From contig JAJRZD010000024.1 of NCBI GenBank assembly GCA_024275415.1, positions 64,427 to 96,426 on the forward strand: a stretch of DNA of 32,000 nucleotides, read 5' to 3'. Made by a program: the position numbers and the translations under genes. The notes under the pieces were generated by a model, which saw nothing but the letters and a program-made list of their open reading frames with translations, ran no database searches and was not told the origin of the DNA. Every line of letters starts with the position of its first letter. The stretch's first letter is position 1. Origin of the DNA: an archaeon (GTDB lineage Archaea > Asgardarchaeota > Thorarchaeia > Thorarchaeales > Thorarchaeaceae). Shown here piece after piece: positions 26,691-32,000 of the stretch.

Positions 26691-26806
26691 TGGTGCGGAG
26701 GGCGAGATTCGAACTCGCGATTCGGCCGGGGCTGAGAACCAGCCCTGTACACCTACGTGATAAGGACCTGAACCTTACGCCTTTGACCTGGCTTGGCAAC
26801 CTCCGC
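26691..26806 (-). tRNA. tRNA-Leu(CAG), type II, with encoded CCA and a 28-nt non-canonical intron (26721-26748)
   Basis: Reverse complement: acceptor GCGGAGG/CCTCCGC, D arm GCC..GGC, anticodon arm TAAGG-TTCAGGT-CCTTA, variable arm CAC-GTAG-GTG, T arm GCGAG-TTCGAAT-CTCGC, then A-CCA. The extra 28 nt lie between the variable arm and T stem. Confidence 0.93.
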
Positions 26807-26880
26807 AAGCACGAAGGGCGAATCATTTTCGAGAGATAAGCATTTCTATGCCTCAATGCGGGGTGTGTCGGGCTGGTTTG

Positions 26881-27642
26881 CTATTGTGTGTCATCATATA
26901 CTCGTTTCTGAGCCATCTCTCTTTTTAGCGAGTCCCAATCACCAATCTGTTCGAGTACTTCGGCATCATTGAGGGCCTTGTGAGTTGGGCCGTCGAAAAG
27001 AACTCGACCTTCCTTCAAAGCAATGAGCGAATCTGCCCAATTCTCGATGAAAAACCGGTTGTGGGTTGTGAACAGGACACTGATACCATCGTCCCTGAGC
27101 CTTTGGATGATGTCGAATATGCTGCGAACCATCGGGAAGTCCAACCCAGTGAACGGTTCGTCAAGAAACAGTATCTTTGGTTTCATAGCTAGGATTCCTG
27201 CAAGAGCAACACGTTTTGCCTGTCCGTGGGACATCTGGTTCACTGGTCTATGTGCAAGGTCAGTCATCCGAACAAAATCCAATGCTTCAGTTACCCGCTG
27301 GCCCACCTCGGATTCTGGCAGCCCAAGATTTCTAGGTCCAAACGCAACATCCTCCCAAACGGTAGGAGCAAACAGTTGATCATCCGGATTTTGAAATAGG
27401 AAACCAATATCCTTCCGAACGTCCCAAAGATTCTCTCGACCTAATTTCTGATCAAAAATGTATATCTCTCCCTCATCGGGTTCAAGGAGACCCAACATCA
27501 GTTTGAATAGGGTAGTTTTTCCGGATCCATTCAGGCCCACCAAGGCTTTGTGTTCGCACAGATGCAATTGCATATTGATGTCTTCCATGGCAAACTCATC
27601 ATATCTGAAGAACACGTGATTCACTTCAATCGCACATGTCAT
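26881..27642 (-). CDS. cbiO: ECF transporter ATPase (CbiO/NikO)
   Basis: GLNGSGKTT, FQNPDDQLFAPTVWEDVAFGP, MSHGQAKRVALAG, LDEP. Confidence 0.92.
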   Translation of the reverse strand: MTCAIEVNHVFFRYDEFAMEDINMQLHLCEHKALVGLNGSGKTTLFKLMLGLLEPDEGEIYIFDQKLGRENLWDVRKDIGFLFQNPDDQLFAPTVWEDVAFGPRNLGLPESEVGQRVTEALDFVRMTDLAHRPVNQMSHGQAKRVALAGILAMKPKILFLDEPFTGLDFPMVRSIFDIIQRLRDDGISVLFTTHNRFFIENWADSLIALKEGRVLFDGPTHKALNDAEVLEQIGDWDSLKREMAQKRVYDDTQ

Positions 27643-28433
27643 TGGAAAACCACCATCAATAAACTCTGAAGGAAGAACGTAGTGAAGAGTAACAAGAGAA
27701 ATAGAAGCACGAACAGCAAAAAGTCCCCACGCTTGAGTCGTGATGCTTGGATGACCATTCCCTTTCCGAATCCTCTCAGGGTCATTGCCTCATAAACAGT
27801 GATGCTTCGGTCAAATGCTCTGTCAATTGTAGAGCCAATCAGATATCCGAGGGATTTTATTCTCTCAAATCGAGTTCCATAATCATATCCTCGGAGAGAT
27901 TGAGCCTCCTGCATCCGCTTTCGTTCGCCGATGAACAATGGGATGTATCTTAGCATTATGAGCAATGATCCAAGAATTGTCACTGGAACCCTAATAGTGC
28001 GTAACGCACCAATAAACTCGGACAAGGTCATGTGAGAGAGAGCAGCGATGAATAGAATGACCATTGTCATCATCCGGAACCCTATAAGAACGCCGAATTG
28101 GAGCCCTTCCAAATAGAAGGGTAGCGATCTCCACGGGAGCTGAACCGATAGCAATATGGTTTCGCCATACATGAAGGGCATAAGAAATATCCAGAAAAGA
28201 ATCAAGACCTCAAACTTACCTGCGAGAGAGAGAACTACACGCCAGCGAGTACGAGCAATCGACGCACCAATGACAACGAGAACAAGAATTGTGAGGATTG
28301 ATTGAATTTCTGTCTGAATCGCTGCAATCACACCAACCCCTATTGCCGATATGAGAATTCCAGCTGATGAGAATCGCCTGAGTGCGCCAGCACCCTCTCT
28401 GAACGGCAATAGGAAGTATTCCATATATTGCAC
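27639..28433 (-). CDS. cbiQ: ECF transmembrane T component (CbiQ/NikQ)
   Basis: Hydrophobic N-terminal half; LRYIPLF..E..RMQEAQSLRG and AMTLRGF XRX motifs. Confidence 0.9.
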   Translation of the reverse strand: MQYMEYFLLPFREGAGALRRFSSAGILISAIGVGVIAAIQTEIQSILTILVLVVIGASIARTRWRVVLSLAGKFEVLILFWIFLMPFMYGETILLSVQLPWRSLPFYLEGLQFGVLIGFRMMTMVILFIAALSHMTLSEFIGALRTIRVPVTILGSLLIMLRYIPLFIGERKRMQEAQSLRGYDYGTRFERIKSLGYLIGSTIDRAFDRSITVYEAMTLRGFGKGMVIQASRLKRGDFLLFVLLFLLLLFTTFFLQSLLMVVFQ

Positions 28434-28467
28434 TCCGGTTTACATTTTCATATACTCTACAAAGAGA

Positions 28468-28492
28468 TGTTGGTTCCAAGAGGGAACCAACA
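28468..28492. repeat. Perfect 10-bp inverted repeat (hairpin) inside the ECF operon
   Basis: TGTTGGTTCC-AAGAG-GGAACCAACA between the PDGLE gene and cbiQ. Confidence 0.8.
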
Positions 28493-28503
28493 GTTGCCTT
28501 GGA

Positions 28504-28794
28504 TTACTCAGGTTTCCTTGAAGAGTACCTAAAGAATATGTAGGCTAGCAATAAAACGATAATAATACCTATGCCGCCGGCAATTGCATCTGAAACAGGT
28601 CCACTTCCGAGGAAGGTGAATAAACCTTCGAAGGTTCCAGAGGGCTCCTCAACTCCAGCCCATTCAAAAAGAGACCATTCGAAACCATCAGGATTCTCTG
28701 AGGCAAGCCCAGTAATAATTAGAACAGAGGTGATTGCTATGAGCAATACGACTGCGGGAAGGATCACTTTCAAGAAAGTATCGCGTTCCATCAT
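28504..28794 (-). CDS. PDGLE-domain protein (NikN/CbiN-like ECF accessory)
   Basis: Two TM helices flanking ASENPDGFEW (PDGLE motif variant). Confidence 0.85.
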   Translation of the reverse strand: MMERDTFLKVILPAVVLLIAITSVLIITGLASENPDGFEWSLFEWAGVEEPSGTFEGLFTFLGSGPVSDAIAGGIGIIIVLLLAYIFFRYSSRKPE

Positions 28795-29495
28795 TTCACC
28801 TCCTCAACGGGTATCTCATTCTTCAACGAATGTTCTCGAGTAGTTTTACCAGCGATACTCTCTGACAAGAACGATATCAATTTCGGCTTCGCACGTACAA
28901 AGTAGAGCAATATCACGAAGGTAAGGATTCCTTCCCCTATTGCAATAATGACATGAATGGCAGTGATAACGACTACGAATTCGAAACCAAGTCCAGGAAT
29001 TGTAAGTAACTCCAGACCAAGAACAAAAGCCATCATGACAATCACAATGAACGATGCGATAGGAGTCGATATCAAAACTGCAGACTCGTCATCCCTGAAT
29101 CGTCGCAGTCCCTTGAAAAGGACAAGAGAAATCGACCATCCAAGAACAGCACCCACGATACCCATATTGAAGAAGTTAAGCCCGAAAGCAAGGATCCCGC
29201 CATCACCATAGAGAGCTTGAACAAAGAGAACAAGTGCAATAATCACCATTGCTGCCCAAGGGCCTAACATGACTGCTAATAGCGTTGTGCCCACCAGATG
29301 ACCACTTGCTGGGGGAACCGGAAAATTGACCAACTGAGCTGCAAAGATGACTGCTGCAAGAACCCCCATGTAGGGGGTAAGACGTTCATCAAATCGACGA
29401 TTGACCTTGCGGATAGCATATCCAATGGTAGGGATGCTAATCGCAAGAAATAGAATGTACACCCAAAGGGGTAGTACTCCATCAGGTACATGCAT
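28791..29495 (-). CDS. cbiM: ECF substrate-binding component CbiM/NikM
   Basis: The true start is ATG 29495, giving the metal-binding N-terminus MHVPDG; also FAAQLVNFP, SGHLVGTTL, ALFVQALYGDGG. Confidence 0.93.
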   Translation of the reverse strand: MHVPDGVLPLWVYILFLAISIPTIGYAIRKVNRRFDERLTPYMGVLAAVIFAAQLVNFPVPPASGHLVGTTLLAVMLGPWAAMVIIALVLFVQALYGDGGILAFGLNFFNMGIVGAVLGWSISLVLFKGLRRFRDDESAVLISTPIASFIVIVMMAFVLGLELLTIPGLGFEFVVVITAIHVIIAIGEGILTFVILLYFVRAKPKLISFLSESIAGKTTREHSLKNEIPVEEVK

Positions 29496-29543
29496 GTTAA
29501 TCACTCCAATTATGGCTGATGTGAAACGTGTCCTGCTTAAGTG

Positions 29544-29568
29544 TGTTACTTTTTCTGAAATCGTGTTA
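29544..29568. promoter_or_regulatory. Putative NikR operator in the cbiM/nikR divergent promoter
   Basis: TGTTA-N15-TGTTA (in GTGTTAC-N13-GTGTTAT) matches the TRWYA-N15-TRWYA consensus described for Helicobacter NikR. Confidence 0.65.
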
Positions 29569-29607
29569 TTTATCAGGAGGGTTTGTGCTACTCGTGTAGT
29601 GATTGAC

Positions 29608-30039
29608 ATGCAACTGAAGCGGTTTGGAGTATCAATCCCCGAAGAGTTATTGGATAGATTCGATGAGATGGTTTTTCAGAAGGGTTACATAGGTAGATCA
29701 GAGGCGATCCGGGATGCGATGAGGCTCTTCATCTCAAAATACCGATGGGAGCTTGATGAGGTAATTGGGTTCGCGAGCTTGAATATCGTATTCAGGCATA
29801 ACCCAAGACTAATGGCGGAACTGCTGAAACAGCAGCATGACGCCGAAGCCCAAGTAATCTCAACCCTTCACACGCACATCACGAAGACACATTGTTTTGA
29901 GATTTTGACCATGAAAGGTACTTCGAAGGGAATAAAGAGGTTGTCTGACAGAATAAGCGGTCTTTCAGGAATCGAGTTTGCAGAGTTGTTCGCGTTCCCA
30001 TTACCCAACATTGAGATGAAACATGACCATTCACACTAG
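29608..30039 (+). CDS. nikR: Nickel-responsive regulator NikR
   Basis: RHH start KRFGVSIPEELLDRFDE...GRSEAIRDAMR; Ni site QH...HTH...HCFE; His-rich tail HDHSH. Start at ATG 29608. Confidence 0.93.
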   Translation: MQLKRFGVSIPEELLDRFDEMVFQKGYIGRSEAIRDAMRLFISKYRWELDEVIGFASLNIVFRHNPRLMAELLKQQHDAEAQVISTLHTHITKTHCFEILTMKGTSKGIKRLSDRISGLSGIEFAELFAFPLPNIEMKHDHSH

Positions 30040-30046
30040 TGTATGG

Positions 30047-30748
30047 TCATCTGTGTTTCTTTCGCCAGAGTAAGCCAGCTAGAACCATTATTATAATAGA
30101 AGAGGATAGTCCGATTATTACCAGTCCGGTATAGTTAATACATGTCTGGCAAGGAATATCCTCGAATTGGAAATCTTGGAGGACTCCATTGGTATCAATG
30201 AGAAGAGTCCATCTTTCTGACTCTCCAACAAGGTAGAACCTGAAGAGCCATGCGGCTTTCGAATCCAAGCCATGGTTAGTCCCTGGTACGATGACTATCT
30301 CTTCACTAAGTCCCCAATAATGACCGTCATTGGCAAAGAAGTCAGTTGCAGTCTGCACAGCCCGAGAGTAATTCTGCGTGAAGGATGGGCTTAGCGGTTT
30401 GATCCACTCAAGTTCATGTGTTGCATCATCCAACGCGACGATTGTCTGAAAAAAGCCAGATTCATTGATTCGTACTATCGCATAGGTAGACAATGAGGTG
30501 TTCTGCTCCAGCGATTCGTCAAAGTCCCCTAACTCCTCCCAGAACATCGAGTCATTGTCTTGAATAAGCTGTTGGAGTGCAGGCTCTACCCTGAATGCGT
30601 CAATGCTATTACTCAGTGCTGCCATGTCCTCAGGAGCAAGTTGAAGCTCTCTGAACCCTACCGTAATGACACGATAGTCCTGTGCATGAATGGGTGATAT
30701 CAGCATGCCAATGACAATCACACTGAATACGATTGTGAAAAGTCTCAT
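30047..30748 (-). CDS. Secreted/surface protein with signal peptide and C-terminal TM anchor
   Basis: N-terminal hydrophobic signal, CQTC just before the TM helix, basic tail RKKHR. Confidence 0.7.
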   Translation of the reverse strand: MRLFTIVFSVIVIGMLISPIHAQDYRVITVGFRELQLAPEDMAALSNSIDAFRVEPALQQLIQDNDSMFWEELGDFDESLEQNTSLSTYAIVRINESGFFQTIVALDDATHELEWIKPLSPSFTQNYSRAVQTATDFFANDGHYWGLSEEIVIVPGTNHGLDSKAAWLFRFYLVGESERWTLLIDTNGVLQDFQFEDIPCQTCINYTGLVIIGLSSSIIIMVLAGLLWRKKHR

Positions 30749-30823
30749 CCATCTTCAATGTCCTGTTACAGCACACGGATAAAACAATAACGCATTAGTC
30801 CATCGCAAATCAGTGGGAGGGAT

Positions 30824-31930
30824 TTATCCAACATGATTCCCCTTAATGAAACTCTCCTCAGTTATCCATTTCTTTGATTCCTCATTGAACGCCTCAGGCC
30901 AAAGTATGTAGACCTCGGTCTGGGTATAATCCACATTTGACATTCTGAGGGAATGCACATTAGGGTGTAGAAAATGCACAAGCTCTGACAGATGACTGGA
31001 TGGCATTCGAAGATACCAGAAGAAGAAATCATCGGAAATCTTCAAGGTGGATCTGAATGGTAAGGGATTAGTGGTGAGTCTATCTTTAAGATCTTGCGAG
31101 AATGCAGGACTGCATGATGCGGTTATGATGACATTGGTGTACAGGTCAAACGCAGCAATATCAACATAGACATGATACCGCGATATGAAATGGTCATTGA
31201 GCATCTTAAGCCTGCGTGAGAAATCTTGAGATGTGAAACTCACTCCTTGCTCCTTCAGTTCTGAGATCATTTCTTTCTGCTTTCTTCGGACTCCTCGTGG
31301 CAAGATACTCAAGATGTATACATCATCTCTTGACAAAAATCCGAGCTTTGAGTCAACCGTTGGGGATGGCCTTATGGAGGAGCTAGGGTTGATAGGTGAT
31401 TCAAGCCATTCTGACCAATCAAAGTTCCACGAAAGGAGGTCTATATCCCAATACTCCAATCGCGGTACCGTGAATATGCTTTCGACAGACATCGTTGAAA
31501 GGATTTGGAAATCCTGAAAGACCTCTTCGCATTTCAGTTCTTGAAAGTATTCTTCCAAAAGCGGTTCGGTTCTTTTGGGTACCCGAAACTGTGCGAATAC
31601 TTGGCTAAAACCACCATAGCACCGTGCACGATATTTTGTATAGGGATGGCTATCGCAGATTCTCTCAACTCGACAGAGAGAATCATAATCTGGCGTATCA
31701 AAGAAGACATCAACAGTTCTCATGTTGAGTGCATCTTCGTTGAAATCAGGGACTACTCTGAAGTATCTCTTATTCAGAGGGTTCTCGCCAGATAACCATT
31801 TCAAGTAGCTCGCGACAGTGGTTCGAGAGAGGTCTACTCTCTTCGCAAGAACATCAAGACGTGCCATCGGATCTTCTTGCAGGGCAATCAGTAGTTGAAG
31901 ATGTCTTGCTGTTAGTTGGTTCGTTCTCAA
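30824..31930 (-). CDS. Double Lrp/AsnC-like wHTH transcriptional regulator
   Basis: LLIALQEDPMARLDVLAKRVDLSRTTVASYLKWL and a second unit ILSILPRGVRRKQKEMI...FSRRLKML, each followed by a RAM-like region. TTG start. Confidence 0.75.
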   Translation of the reverse strand: MRTNQLTARHLQLLIALQEDPMARLDVLAKRVDLSRTTVASYLKWLSGENPLNKRYFRVVPDFNEDALNMRTVDVFFDTPDYDSLCRVERICDSHPYTKYRARCYGGFSQVFAQFRVPKRTEPLLEEYFQELKCEEVFQDFQILSTMSVESIFTVPRLEYWDIDLLSWNFDWSEWLESPINPSSSIRPSPTVDSKLGFLSRDDVYILSILPRGVRRKQKEMISELKEQGVSFTSQDFSRRLKMLNDHFISRYHVYVDIAAFDLYTNVIITASCSPAFSQDLKDRLTTNPLPFRSTLKISDDFFFWYLRMPSSHLSELVHFLHPNVHSLRMSNVDYTQTEVYILWPEAFNEESKKWITEESFIKGNHVG

Positions 31931-32000
31931 TCAACACCCTCGGTAGTTCTTTGGCATCTCTCCACATTGTGTCATTACCAGAAGCTCACCTTGATGGTCG

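Noticed and set aside
26691-26806. tRNA as an integration site for a mobile element
   Set aside because: No integrase and no duplicated tRNA 3' end were seen in the window; the flanking genes look like core genes.
159-31795. Numerous antisense or overlapping track ORFs (e.g. 2689-3135, 14047-14580, 15507-16118, 16638-17180, 24606-25178)
   Set aside because: They are shadows of well-supported genes on the opposite strand or another frame, with no independent motifs.
1-32000. CRISPR arrays, IS elements, rRNA
   Set aside because: No regularly spaced repeats, transposase motifs or rRNA-like sequence were seen.

Overview
Archaeal chromosomal segment, most consistent with an Asgard archaeon, probably Thorarchaeia. 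This is inferred from class I LysRS, L13e, aIF5A, NOB1 and two Bet3/TRAPPC3-like genes. Most of the window is housekeeping or metabolic: lysS (partial), a MacB/LolCDE-type ABC pair, a PfkB kinase, glnA, a PLP aminotransferase, PAC2, an orphan 2-oxoacid oxidoreductase gamma subunit, a methyltransferase, two oxidoreductases, YjbQ, NOB1, NAD kinase, aIF5A, Lrp, and a NikR-controlled Ni/Co ECF operon with a recognisable operator. Five things stand out. (1) A duplicated two-gene module at 4899-9125, [Roadblock-like domain + Pro linker + two winged helices] followed by [Cys-rich Bet3/TRAPPC3-like protein], with two membrane-protein genes between the copies and a third V4R gene after them; it is a candidate archaeal proto-TRAPP/GTPase-regulator system. 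(2) Two genes are split by a clean in-frame TAA: rpl13e fused to an HhH domain, and an ~600-aa solenoid protein. (3) That solenoid contains an ungapped alpha-SNAP-like segment. (4) tRNA-Leu(CAG) carries a 28-nt intron at a non-canonical site between the variable arm and T stem. (5) An AT-rich three-gene cassette ends in a His-less HEPN protein. A small protein with a PH-like pattern lies upstream of glnA. All family calls come from motif recognition by eye; no database searches were run.
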